DNA of 64,000 bases from an uncultured Anaerolineaceae bacterium (GTDB lineage Bacteria; Chloroflexota; Anaerolineae; Anaerolineales; Anaerolineaceae): the NCBI GenBank assembly GCA_937920255.1, contig CALDSL010000003.1, positions 2,432 through 66,431 on the forward strand, read 5' to 3'. The notes under the pieces were generated by a model. It was not told where the DNA came from, searched no databases, and was given only the letters and a program-made list of their open reading frames with translations. Positions 20,926-29,498 of the stretch are shown here, in pieces (the first letter of the stretch is position 1; every line of letters begins with the position of its first letter). The translations under genes and the position numbers were made by a program.

Positions 20926-21294
20926 ATGGGGCGCCATTCTCCGTACCAGTTTGAACAGCCGCGCACGAATCGACAGGAAATTCATCCCATCTGGAGGCTG
21001 ATTGGCCTGGCGATGCTGCTGTTGATCCCGTTTCTGTCCTACCTGGCGGCGATTGGGCTGCTGCAGGAGAATGCCAAACAGCGCTGGTTTCCCATTCCGG
21101 GCGATTTATTGATCCGCTGGGGAAATGACCCGATGCTGGGGATCAAAATTCTGTTGACCCTGGTGATCGCATTTCTCCTGTATATGATTTTTATGATGGT
21201 GACGTTCATCCTGAACCGCTTTATCGCGCCGCCGCGCTATGGGCCGACGGATGCGCCGCAGGATTCGTACCGCGGGAGAAAGTACCGCCGTTAG
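20926..21294 (+). CDS. Small 2-TM membrane protein of unknown function, embedded in the XDH operon
   Basis: 122 aa. AAGGGAG RBS 6 nt before the ATG. Two clear hydrophobic helices (LIGLAMLLLIPFLSYLAAIGLL and ILLTLVIAFLLYMIFMMVTFIL) and a basic C-tail. I recognise no family. Confidence 0.6.
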   Translation: MGRHSPYQFEQPRTNRQEIHPIWRLIGLAMLLLIPFLSYLAAIGLLQENAKQRWFPIPGDLLIRWGNDPMLGIKILLTLVIAFLLYMIFMMVTFILNRFIAPPRYGPTDAPQDSYRGRKYRR

Positions 21295-21328
21295 GTTCAG
21301 GCACGCCGCCGTTTTTTTGGAGGTTGAA

Positions 21329-23554
21329 ATGTCGTATGTGGGGCAATCGGTCCGCAGGCTGGATGCCGTCGGTAAAGTAACCGGAGAAGCGCCGTACCCT
21401 GGCGATATAGACATGCCCAACCAGGCGTATATGAAGATCCTCTTCGCCAGGCGGGCGCATGCGATTATTCGCAAGATTGACACGAGCGCCGCGGAGGCGA
21501 TGGAAGGCGTTCTGGCGGTGTTCACCGCCAAAGACGTACCTGTCAACGAATACGGATTGATCGTGCCCGACCAGCCGGTGCTGTGCGGGCCAGGTTCCAG
21601 CAAACCATACACTGACCGGGTGCGTTTTGTCGGGGATCAGGTGGCCCTGGTTGTAGCCGAGAGCGAGCAGATTGCCGACCGGGCGCGCGCGGCGATTGTG
21701 GTTGAGTACGAAGATCTACCACTGGTGGATGATCCGCTGGAAGCCGCCAAGGAAGGCGCGCTGCTGCTGCACCCTGACCGCGGATCGAACGTGTTTGTCA
21801 AATACCGCATCCGCAAGGGTTCGGTGGAAGAGGCCTTCCAGCGCGCGGATGTGATCATCGAAGGCGAGTACCGCACCCCGGTGCAGGAACATGCCTACCT
21901 GCAGCCGGAGGCCGGGCTGGGTTACATCGACGAAGAAGGCCGCGTGACGGTCATCACCGGCGGGCAATGGGTGCATGAAGACCAGGAGCAGATCGCGCAT
22001 TCGCTCAACCTGCCCAAAGACCGCGTGCGGGTGATTTACCCAGCCATCGGCGGCGCGTTTGGCGGGCGTGAAGATATGTCGGTGCAGATCGTGCTCGGGC
22101 TGGCAGCCATGCGGCTGCATGAGCGTGGGATCAACCGCCCGGTAAAGATCATCTGGAACCGGGAAGAATCGATGATCGGCCACCACAAGCGCCACGCATT
22201 CTATATCCGCACGCGCTGGGGCGCCACCCGCGACGGCCGTGTGATCGCGGTCGAAGCCGATGTGACTTCGGACGGCGGCGCATACGTGTATACCTCGGGC
22301 AAGGTGCTGGGCAACGCAACCCTGCTCGTCACCGGCCCGTACGATATTGACAACGTCAAAGTCGACACGCGCTCGGTATATACCAACCATATCCCTGGCG
22401 GCGCATTCCGCGGGTTTGGCGGCCCGCAGGCGGCATTTGCCGCCGAAATGCAGATGAACAAACTCGCGCAGACGCTGGGCATCGACCCGGTGGAACTGCG
22501 CGAACGCAATATTTTCCGCGAGGGCTCACTGCTTTCGGTGATGACGCCGCTGCCGCCCGGCGTTACCATGCCAGAGGTGCTGGAAAAGACCGCGCACGCC
22601 GCCGGGTGGGAAAAGACCGCCGCAGGCTGGCAGCGCCGCGGCCTGAGCGCGCAAAACCAGCCGGCCGGGCATATTCGCCGTGGAACCGGGGTTGCGATTG
22701 GCTTTAAGAACGTGGGTTTCTCTTTTGGCGCGCCCGAACACTGCTGGGCCACCATCGAGCTGCACGGCGGCGCGCGGGTCGAACGTGCTATTCTGCGCCA
22801 CGCCGGCGCGGAGGTTGGGCAAGGCTCGCATAGCGCGTTTGTGCAGATGGCGGCCGAAGCGCTCGACCTGCCAATGGAATGCATTCAACTCATTGCCTCC
22901 GATACAGCCTACACCGATAATTCGGGCAGCGTTTCGGCCTCGCGCATGACGTTTATGGCGGGCAACGCCATCCGCGGCGCGGCGCAGGCAGCGCTGGAAA
23001 AATGGAATGCCGAAGAGCGGCCGGCGGTCGCCGCGTACATGTACCGCCCGCCCAAAACCGAGCCGCTCGACCCGGAAACCGGCAAGAGCGAGCCGAATTT
23101 TGCCTACGGATATGTGGGCGAAGTGGTGGAAGTGGAGGTCGACACCGAGACCGGGCAGGTGCGCCTGTTGAAAGTGATCTGCGTGGATGATGTTGGCAAG
23201 GCGATCAATCCGCAGCAGGTGCTGGGCCAGGTGGAAGGCGCGGTGGTTCAAGCCGCCGGCTACACCTTGATGGAAGACTTCATCGAAAAAGACGGCCGGG
23301 TGCTGACGCCCTACCTGTCGAACTATCTCATCCCGACTGTTTTGGATATTCCGGAAACGGTCGAATCGCACCTGTTGGAGTACGCCGACCCGATCGGACC
23401 TTGGGGCGCGCGCGGCATGGGCGAAATGCCCTATCTCCCGCTGGCCGCGGCGATCGTTTCAGCGGTGCATGACGCCACCGGCGTGTGGATCAACGAGTTT
23501 CCGCTGACGGCGGAACGTGTCTTTGCCGCGCTTCACGGCGGAAAAGGCAAATAA
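21329..23554 (+). CDS. Molybdopterin-binding large subunit of an XDH-family hydroxylase
   Basis: The start at ATG 21329 gives MSYVGQSVRRLDAVGKVTGEAPY after GGAGG. GGAFGGRED, GAFRGFGGPQ and GMGEMP motifs. Confidence 0.9.
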   Translation: MSYVGQSVRRLDAVGKVTGEAPYPGDIDMPNQAYMKILFARRAHAIIRKIDTSAAEAMEGVLAVFTAKDVPVNEYGLIVPDQPVLCGPGSSKPYTDRVRFVGDQVALVVAESEQIADRARAAIVVEYEDLPLVDDPLEAAKEGALLLHPDRGSNVFVKYRIRKGSVEEAFQRADVIIEGEYRTPVQEHAYLQPEAGLGYIDEEGRVTVITGGQWVHEDQEQIAHSLNLPKDRVRVIYPAIGGAFGGREDMSVQIVLGLAAMRLHERGINRPVKIIWNREESMIGHHKRHAFYIRTRWGATRDGRVIAVEADVTSDGGAYVYTSGKVLGNATLLVTGPYDIDNVKVDTRSVYTNHIPGGAFRGFGGPQAAFAAEMQMNKLAQTLGIDPVELRERNIFREGSLLSVMTPLPPGVTMPEVLEKTAHAAGWEKTAAGWQRRGLSAQNQPAGHIRRGTGVAIGFKNVGFSFGAPEHCWATIELHGGARVERAILRHAGAEVGQGSHSAFVQMAAEALDLPMECIQLIASDTAYTDNSGSVSASRMTFMAGNAIRGAAQAALEKWNAEERPAVAAYMYRPPKTEPLDPETGKSEPNFAYGYVGEVVEVEVDTETGQVRLLKVICVDDVGKAINPQQVLGQVEGAVVQAAGYTLMEDFIEKDGRVLTPYLSNYLIPTVLDIPETVESHLLEYADPIGPWGARGMGEMPYLPLAAAIVSAVHDATGVWINEFPLTAERVFAALHGGKGK

Positions 23555-23606
23555 CGGCGCGCAGAATGCCTCACGCTTTGAGCAGCGCCAGGAACGCGGA
23601 TAACGG

Positions 23607-24419
23607 ATGACCTTCATTGCACTTCTTCGTGGCGGTGGTGATCTCGCCAGCGGCGTGGCCTACCGGCTGGCGCGCTGCGGGGCGCAGGTGGTGATTACCG
23701 AGTTGGAGCAACCGCGCGCGGTGCGGCGGCTGGTGAGCTTTTCGCAGGCGGTGTACGACGGCGAGATTGTCATTGAAGGGCTGCGCGGGCGCCGCGTGGA
23801 AGGCATCGACGCCGTACGCGAGACGCTGGAACGCGGCGAGATTGCCGTGATCGTAGACCCGCCCGCCGCGATCCACGCCGCCCTGCGGCCACATCTGCTG
23901 GTGGACGGGCGCATGATCAAGCGCGCACCGGAGCCGGAACTGCACATGGCCCGTTTGGTGGTGGGTCTCGGCCCGGGCTTCACCGCCGGCGCCGATTGCC
24001 ACGCGGTGATCGAAACCATGCGCGGCGCTTATCTCGGCCGGGTGTACTGGCAGGGTTTGGCTGAAGCCGACACCGGCCAGCCGGAAACCGTGCAGGGGCA
24101 TCAGGGTGATCGCGTGATCCGCGCTCCAGTCGATGGCGTTCTGCAGGCCCACGCCCGGCTGGGATCTCATCTGGACGCCGGGCAGCCAATCTGCAGCGTC
24201 GACGGGCATGAAGTCACAGCGCCGTTCGCAGGAAACCTGCGCGGTCTGATGATGCCGGGTTTGCAGGTTCGCTGCGGGGAAAAGATCGGCGACCTGGACC
24301 CGCGTGACGATCCGCGGCTGGCGCATCTGATTTCGGATAAAGCCCTGGCCATCGGCGGGGGAGTGCTGGAAGCGGTGCTTTCCCGCCCCGACATGCGACC
24401 GCTGTTCTGCCTGCCATGA
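23607..24419 (+). CDS. yqeB: YqeB/EF2563-family selenium-dependent molybdenum hydroxylase system protein
   Basis: 270 aa. IALLRGGGDLASGVAYRL and the overall layout resemble the short EF2563 form of the YqeB family. The context of XdhC, YqeC and MocA supports the call. Confidence 0.7.
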   Translation: MTFIALLRGGGDLASGVAYRLARCGAQVVITELEQPRAVRRLVSFSQAVYDGEIVIEGLRGRRVEGIDAVRETLERGEIAVIVDPPAAIHAALRPHLLVDGRMIKRAPEPELHMARLVVGLGPGFTAGADCHAVIETMRGAYLGRVYWQGLAEADTGQPETVQGHQGDRVIRAPVDGVLQAHARLGSHLDAGQPICSVDGHEVTAPFAGNLRGLMMPGLQVRCGEKIGDLDPRDDPRLAHLISDKALAIGGGVLEAVLSRPDMRPLFCLP

Positions 24420-25738
24420 AATTGCGCGACGCCTTCCGTCTCCATCCTTTGCCGCGCCTGGCGCTGACCGGCTCGGGCGGAAAAACGAGCGCGCTGTTTC
24501 AACTGGCGGGCGAATGGGACGGTCCGGTGCTGCTGACAACCACCACGCATCTTTCGGTGGAACAGGCGCAACGCGCCAGCCACCACTGGATGGTCAAGGA
24601 CCCGCGCGAGCTGGTCGAACGCGAAACCGACCTGCTGCAGCCCGGGTCCACGCTGATCACCAGCGCGGAAGGCGCGGATGGCCGCACGCCGGGGGCCAGC
24701 GTGGAAGTTCTGGCGGCGCTGGTGGAAATTGCCGACACTTACGGTCTGCCGCTGCTGGTCGAAGCGGACGGCTCGCGCATGCTGCCGCTCAAAGTGCCCG
24801 CTGAACATGAGCCGGCCGTACCGGTCTGGGCGGACACAGTGGTTGTCGTGGCGGGTCTCTCGGCCCTCGGGCGGCCGCTAACCGCCGAATGGGTGCACCG
24901 ACCTGAGCGTTTCGCCGCGCTGGCGGATGCGCCATTGGGCAGCCCGATCAGCGCTGAGATGATCGCCCGCGTGCTGGTCAGCTCGCAGGGCGGAATGAAA
25001 GGCATTCCGCCTGGGGCAAGGCGCATCGCGCTGCTCAACCAGGCAGATACGCCCGAACAAGCCGCTGCCGCCGCGGAGATCGCCGCACTGCTGCAGCAGC
25101 ATTACGATGCCGTGGTGTGCGCCTCACTGCAGCACGGACGCGTGGAGGCAGTGTATGAACGCGCGTGCGCGGTGATTCTGGCCGCGGGCAAGTCCGAGCG
25201 CTTTGGCGCGCCCAAGGTGCTGCTGGACTGGAGCGGCAAGCCTCTGGTGCGGCGCAGCGCCGAGGGCGCGCTGCAAGCCGGGCTGGAAACCGTGGTCGTC
25301 ACCGGGGCGCATGACCGCGAAATCCGCGCGGCGCTGGAAGGCCTGCCGGTGCAGATCGTAGCCAACACGCGCTGGGAGGAAGGGCAGAGCACATCCCTCC
25401 AGGCCGGTCTGGCAGCCGTAGGCAATGCCGGTTCGGTGATTTTTCTGCTGGCCGACCAGCCGTTTGCCAGCGCTGAGGTTCTACACGCCCTGTTGGATGC
25501 TCACCAGCGTACGCTGGCGCCGGTGATTGCCCCGCGCGTGAACGGGCGCAGGGCCAACCCGGTGCTGTTTGACCAGGTGACCTTCACGGATCTGGAAAAT
25601 GTGCGCGGCGACCAGGGCGGCAGGGCGGTGATGACGCATTGGCCGGTCACGTATGTGGACGTGGACGACGCGCGCCTGCTGGTGGATATCGACACGCCCG
25701 AGGACTACCGCCGGCTGCTGGAAGCCGGAGACGAATGA
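24416..25738 (+). CDS. Fusion of YqeC (selenium cofactor biosynthesis protein) and a MocA-like nucleotidyltransferase
   Basis: The N-terminus LALTGSGGKTSALFQLA with P-loop is YqeC-like. The C-terminal half, AVILAAGKSERFGAPKVLL...LLADQP, is MobA/MocA-like. ATGA overlap with yqeB. Confidence 0.75.
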   Translation: MKLRDAFRLHPLPRLALTGSGGKTSALFQLAGEWDGPVLLTTTTHLSVEQAQRASHHWMVKDPRELVERETDLLQPGSTLITSAEGADGRTPGASVEVLAALVEIADTYGLPLLVEADGSRMLPLKVPAEHEPAVPVWADTVVVVAGLSALGRPLTAEWVHRPERFAALADAPLGSPISAEMIARVLVSSQGGMKGIPPGARRIALLNQADTPEQAAAAAEIAALLQQHYDAVVCASLQHGRVEAVYERACAVILAAGKSERFGAPKVLLDWSGKPLVRRSAEGALQAGLETVVVTGAHDREIRAALEGLPVQIVANTRWEEGQSTSLQAGLAAVGNAGSVIFLLADQPFASAEVLHALLDAHQRTLAPVIAPRVNGRRANPVLFDQVTFTDLENVRGDQGGRAVMTHWPVTYVDVDDARLLVDIDTPEDYRRLLEAGDE

Positions 25739-26346
25739 GCGTAAAAAGCAGCGGTCTCGCAGTCGGCGCGGTGGTTCTCGCCGCCGGGCAATCCAGGCGC
25801 ATGGGAACGCCAAAGATGCTGTTGCCGTGGGGCGATACGACCGTCATCGGCCGTGTGGCGCGGTTGCTCAAAGATGCCGGGGTGGCGCAGATGGTGGTGG
25901 TGACCGGCGCCAACCGGACGGAAGTTGAGGCCGCCCTGCAAGAGGAAGAAATCCTTCTGGCGCATAACAGCCAGTACCAGCGCGGCGAGATGCTGACCTC
26001 ACTTCAGGTGGGGCTGCACGCATTGCGTGAGGATATCCAGGCTGCGCTGGTGGTGCTGGGTGACCAGCCGCAGATTGAGGGCCAGGTGGTACGGCAAATC
26101 ACTGAGCGTGCGGGCGAAAGCGCCCAGCCGCTGGTGGTTCCCAGCTACCAGAAACGCCGCGGGCATCCGTGGTTGGTGCGTCGCGCGCTGTGGTCCGAGC
26201 TATACGCGATGGATGGCGAGCGGGAGACGCTGCGCGATTTTCTCAACCGCCGCGCGCAGCAGATCGAGTACGTAAACGTGGACACCGGCTCGGTGCTGCT
26301 CGACCTGGACACGCCTGAAGATTATCAAAGCCAGCGGCCGGATTAG
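25735..26346 (+). CDS. mocA: Molybdenum cofactor cytidylyltransferase-like (MocA/MobA family)
   Basis: GAVVLAAGQSRRMGTPKMLLPW and VLGDQP motifs. The ATG at 25735 overlaps the upstream stop (ATGA). Confidence 0.8.
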   Translation: MSVKSSGLAVGAVVLAAGQSRRMGTPKMLLPWGDTTVIGRVARLLKDAGVAQMVVVTGANRTEVEAALQEEEILLAHNSQYQRGEMLTSLQVGLHALREDIQAALVVLGDQPQIEGQVVRQITERAGESAQPLVVPSYQKRRGHPWLVRRALWSELYAMDGERETLRDFLNRRAQQIEYVNVDTGSVLLDLDTPEDYQSQRPD

Positions 26347-26372
26347 TTGTTCTAATACCGAATATAGGAAAT

Positions 26373-26447
26373 AAACCGCGAAGAACGCGAAGAGCGCGAA
26401 GATTTTTTCCTTGCTCTTTCTTCGCGCTCTTCGCGGTTTATTTTTTA
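26373..26447. terminator. Bidirectional intrinsic terminator between convergent mocA and cobB
   Basis: Left arm aaaccgcgaaga-acgcgaaga-gcgcgaaga (three tandem 9-mers) pairs with ctttcttcgcgctcttcgcggttt, followed by a T-run. Confidence 0.75.
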
Positions 26448-26458
26448 CGTTCCGCCTG

Positions 26459-27214
26459 TTACTCGCGCGGCCAGGCGGCGTCGACCAGCCGGGGAAGGGC
26501 AATTCCTGCCGGCGCTGCCACCGAATAACGCGCGTGCACCGAGAGCGGCGTGGGCTGCGGGTTGATCTCCACCACATCACCGTGCGCGCGGATGGCCTCG
26601 TATGGAAGCGAAGCCGCCGGTTCCACCACGCCAGACGTGCCGATCGAAAAGAACAGATCGCATTCCTGGCTGGCTTGCAGGGCGGTCAGCAGCGCGCGGT
26701 GGGGCAGCGACTCTCCAAACCAGACCACATCCGGGCGCAGACGGCCGCCGCACTCGGGGCAATGCGGGACGGCGCCAGGGACGTTTTCCCACACCTCGAA
26801 ATGACGCCCATCCCGTTCGCAGCGGGCGGAGAACAGGTTGCCGTGCAGCTCGATGATATTGCGGCTGCCGGCCTTCCGGTGCAGGCCGTCGATATTTTGG
26901 GTGATCAGCGTAAACACCGGCGTGCGCGCTTCCATCACGGCCAGGGCGATATGGCCCGGATTGGGCTCTGCGTGCTGCACCAGCCCCATGCGCCACCGGT
27001 ACCACTCCCACACCAGCAGCGGATCATTTTGAAATGCCTCCGGAGTCGCAAGCTCGGCGGGTTTGTAGCTGGCCCACAAACCGGTTTGCGAATCGCGAAA
27101 AGTGGGAATACCACTTTCCGCTGAGATACCCGCGCCTGTGAGTACAGTCACACGGCGGGCGGTTCGAAGTTTCTCGACCAGTTCTTCGGAAAATGTATGT
27201 GTGGTCTGTGCCAT
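26459..27214 (-). CDS. cobB: NAD-dependent protein deacylase (Sir2 family)
   Basis: TGAGISAESGIPTFR, QNIDGLH and the zinc ribbon CxxC...CPECGG. Confidence 0.9.
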   Translation of the reverse strand: MAQTTHTFSEELVEKLRTARRVTVLTGAGISAESGIPTFRDSQTGLWASYKPAELATPEAFQNDPLLVWEWYRWRMGLVQHAEPNPGHIALAVMEARTPVFTLITQNIDGLHRKAGSRNIIELHGNLFSARCERDGRHFEVWENVPGAVPHCPECGGRLRPDVVWFGESLPHRALLTALQASQECDLFFSIGTSGVVEPAASLPYEAIRAHGDVVEINPQPTPLSVHARYSVAAPAGIALPRLVDAAWPRE

Positions 27215-27338
27215 CCCGTCCCAACTTAAATGGTGTTATCAGACAATTGACACTGATCGTATTGTACCAGAGGTACAGGAAAACCTGGGTTATAATGCCA
27301 ACTGCGTCCTGTATGATGGCGCAGATCAAAACTGATGG

Positions 27339-28199
27339 ATGGTGAACATGGGTGAGGTGTCTGTCTGGCAGTTACGTCCCGCGCGCGTATACGGCGGCGA
27401 GGCGCTGCCTGTCCAACTGGATACGGCTCCGGGTAGCCTGGATGAATCATCGAAAATGCTGCCGGGCGGTGGGTATACCACATTCCGCACCTTTGGTGCT
27501 AACCGGGTGATGCAATTTGACAGCCATATTGCCCGGCTGGAGGAAACCGCGCGGCTGGCCGGCAAACCGGTGACGCTTCCCGCAACACACGTGCGCGCTG
27601 CGCTGCGCCAGGCGGTGACAAGCTATCCATCTGAAGAAAAGCGCGTGCGCATTACCCTCGACCTGGAACAGGAAATCGGAAGCGTGTACATCGCGGTCGA
27701 GGAACTGCGTGTTCCCGCAGCCGACCAATACCTGCACGGTGTCCGTACCGTCACCCGCCAGGCGCGCCGTGAGAACCCCAAAGCCAAGCTAACCAACTTT
27801 ATCAAAACTGCCGGCGCCATTCGCGGCGAATTACCACCCGGCATCAATGAAGCGCTCATGGTGGCGAACGGGACGATCCTGGAAGGGCTGACAAGCAATT
27901 TCTTCGCGATCATCGAAGGCGAGTTGTGGACTGCGGAAGAGGGCGTGCTCTCGGGCCTGACGCGCGCGCTGGTGCTGGAAGAAGCCACCGCCACGGGACT
28001 GGTGATTCGCCTGAGCCCGGTTCCCGTCGATAGCCTGCCGCGGGCGCAGGAAGCCTTTATCACCAGCGCCAGCCGGGCGGTGCTGCCCGTGATCCAAATT
28101 GACGATCTGCTGATCGGCGACGGCCAACCAGGCCCGGTCACGCTGGATCTGCTGGCGCGCTACCAGGCACGCATCGAAGCCGAAACCGAAGCGATCTGA
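27339..28199 (+). CDS. Class IV aminotransferase (branched-chain amino acid aminotransferase / ADC lyase family)
   Basis: 286 aa. GYTTFRT, the KLTNFIK lysine region and EGLTSNFF are typical of fold type IV. Confidence 0.75.
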   Translation: MVNMGEVSVWQLRPARVYGGEALPVQLDTAPGSLDESSKMLPGGGYTTFRTFGANRVMQFDSHIARLEETARLAGKPVTLPATHVRAALRQAVTSYPSEEKRVRITLDLEQEIGSVYIAVEELRVPAADQYLHGVRTVTRQARRENPKAKLTNFIKTAGAIRGELPPGINEALMVANGTILEGLTSNFFAIIEGELWTAEEGVLSGLTRALVLEEATATGLVIRLSPVPVDSLPRAQEAFITSASRAVLPVIQIDDLLIGDGQPGPVTLDLLARYQARIEAETEAI

Positions 28200-28212
28200 C
28201 GCAGGTCAGATC
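28193..28212. terminator. Short hairpin spanning both convergent stop codons
   Basis: gatctgac-gcag-gtcagatc: an 8-bp stem with a 4-nt loop. It covers the TGA at 28197-28199 and the reverse-strand stop at 28206-28208. Confidence 0.4.
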
Positions 28213-28499
28213 TCAAACATCTGCGGGTCTTCCGGATCATCGGGCGTAGTCTCGCCGTCCGGCGGCAGCTCGTACTTGCCAGCCTGCATATCGATCAGGA
28301 TCTGGCGCGCTTCTTCGGCCTGCGCCTCGGGAACGCGGATGTCCACCTGTCCCAGCGGGGTGATGGTCAGGCCGTAGGTCATGCCAACGCTTTCTTCATA
28401 GGCCAGCACCTGAATGCCGTGTGACTCTAAAAACGCGCGGATCATCTGTCCTTCCAACTGCCCATTGGCCACGTACACGACAACATACTCTTCCGGCAT
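28206..28499 (-). CDS. DUF2007-like small protein (putative signal-transducing fold)
   Basis: 97 aa starting at MPEEYVVVYVANGQLEGQMIRAFLESHGI after a GAGGAG RBS. The upstream part of the 227-aa track ORF is R/P/G-rich junk. Confidence 0.65.
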   Translation of the reverse strand: MPEEYVVVYVANGQLEGQMIRAFLESHGIQVLAYEESVGMTYGLTITPLGQVDIRVPEAQAEEARQILIDMQAGKYELPPDGETTPDDPEDPQMFEI

Positions 28500-28531
28500 G
28501 GGTATCTCCTCTCTACAGCCTAAGGCGCAGC

Positions 28532-28873
28532 CTAAAGCTCTTCCGCCGCGGCCTGTTCCGCCAGGTTCAGCATTTCGTCCAGGCGCTGCTGGTAGCGCCG
28601 GTACTGCGCCAGCAGCGAGCCGTGTTCCTTTACCGGAGCGCTTTCCAGCGCAGCGTGGAGCTGGCCGGCATCCGGGTAATCGCCATGGACTTTCTCGCCG
28701 CCAAGCACGCGGATCACGCGCTCGGTGACAAAGCGGTCGTAGGCCTGCATCTGCTGGTGGATCGGCTGCAGCGGATGGCCAGCATCGATTTCCGGCAGCG
28801 CCGCCGACTTCTGGCCGATCACCATCTTCTTCAACTGCGATCGTGCGTCCATTTGCGACTGTTGGGTTCCCAT
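28532..28873 (-). CDS. Hypothetical protein
   Basis: 113 aa with protein-like composition. AGGGAGG RBS 6 nt before the ATG. Co-directional with its neighbours. No family recognised. Confidence 0.55.
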   Translation of the reverse strand: MGTQQSQMDARSQLKKMVIGQKSAALPEIDAGHPLQPIHQQMQAYDRFVTERVIRVLGGEKVHGDYPDAGQLHAALESAPVKEHGSLLAQYRRYQQRLDEMLNLAEQAAAEEL

Positions 28874-28910
28874 TTTTTCCTCCCTTCATACGCTCGCAGG
28901 ATAATATTTA

Positions 28911-29483
28911 TTATCCTGTAGGCCGGCGCGCGATCATGCTGGCCACCGCTTTCTGATGCCCGTGATCCGACTCGACCCAGCCCTCGCGGTAGACCAGGAT
29001 GTCCCAGCCGGCAAAAGCGGCTCGTAACTCGCCCGGTTCGAGCAAGTGCGCCGGGTTCAACTCGGGTTTAACGGTGCGCATCAGGCTTGCCAGGGTTTCA
29101 AACACCAGCACACCGCCCGGTTTGAGCAGGCGCGAATACTCATAAAACCAGTTGCGCTCCAGAAAGTACAGGTTGAGTATCACATCAAACGCGGCGGGGG
29201 GAAAACGGTAATGTTCCAGGTCGGCTACGGCGGCCATCAGCCGCGGGCAGCGCTGGCTGGCTAAGCGCGCGGCGGTGATGGAGATATCCACGCCAATCAC
29301 TTCCAGGCCGCGCTCGAGCAAAAACTGGCTGTTCTGCCCCATGCCCATCGCCAGGTCGAGCGCCAGACCGTGCTCGGGCAGCAAGCGGGCGTTTTCCACC
29401 AGAAACGGCCGCGCGGCCTGGTGCCAGTCGCCGCGTGCTTCCTGGTAGCGTTTGTTCCAGCGAATTGCGTCCGATTGCGCCAT
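28911..29483 (-). CDS. Class I SAM-dependent methyltransferase (TehB-like, small-molecule type)
   Basis: LDLAMGMGQNS (motif I), the VIGVDIS acidic loop and LKPGGVLVFE. Confidence 0.8.
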   Translation of the reverse strand: MAQSDAIRWNKRYQEARGDWHQAARPFLVENARLLPEHGLALDLAMGMGQNSQFLLERGLEVIGVDISITAARLASQRCPRLMAAVADLEHYRFPPAAFDVILNLYFLERNWFYEYSRLLKPGGVLVFETLASLMRTVKPELNPAHLLEPGELRAAFAGWDILVYREGWVESDHGHQKAVASMIARRPTG

Positions 29484-29498
29484 GATGGCTATTGTACC

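Noticed and set aside
13479-23554. Possible in-frame TGA (selenocysteine) recoding in the Mo-hydroxylase genes
   Set aside because: All subunits read through as uninterrupted ORFs with canonical stops. In this enzyme class selenium is a labile cofactor ligand, not a Sec residue.
26373-26402. Three tandem 9-mers (cgcgaaga-n), considered as a possible micro-repeat or CRISPR-like array
   Set aside because: There are only three units without spacers. They form the left arm of the terminator hairpin between convergent genes.
27215-27338. TTGACA and TATAAT hexamers in the cobB / aminotransferase intergenic region, considered as a promoter
   Set aside because: The two hexamers are about 45 nt apart. 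Neither has a partner hexamer at 16-19 nt, so I could not support a specific promoter call.
28500-28889. N-terminal 130 aa of the 227-aa track ORF (28206-28889)
   Set aside because: This part is R/P/G-rich junk. A different frame (28532-28873) has a strong RBS and protein-like composition. The DUF2007-like domain starts at an internal ATG with its own GAGGAG RBS.
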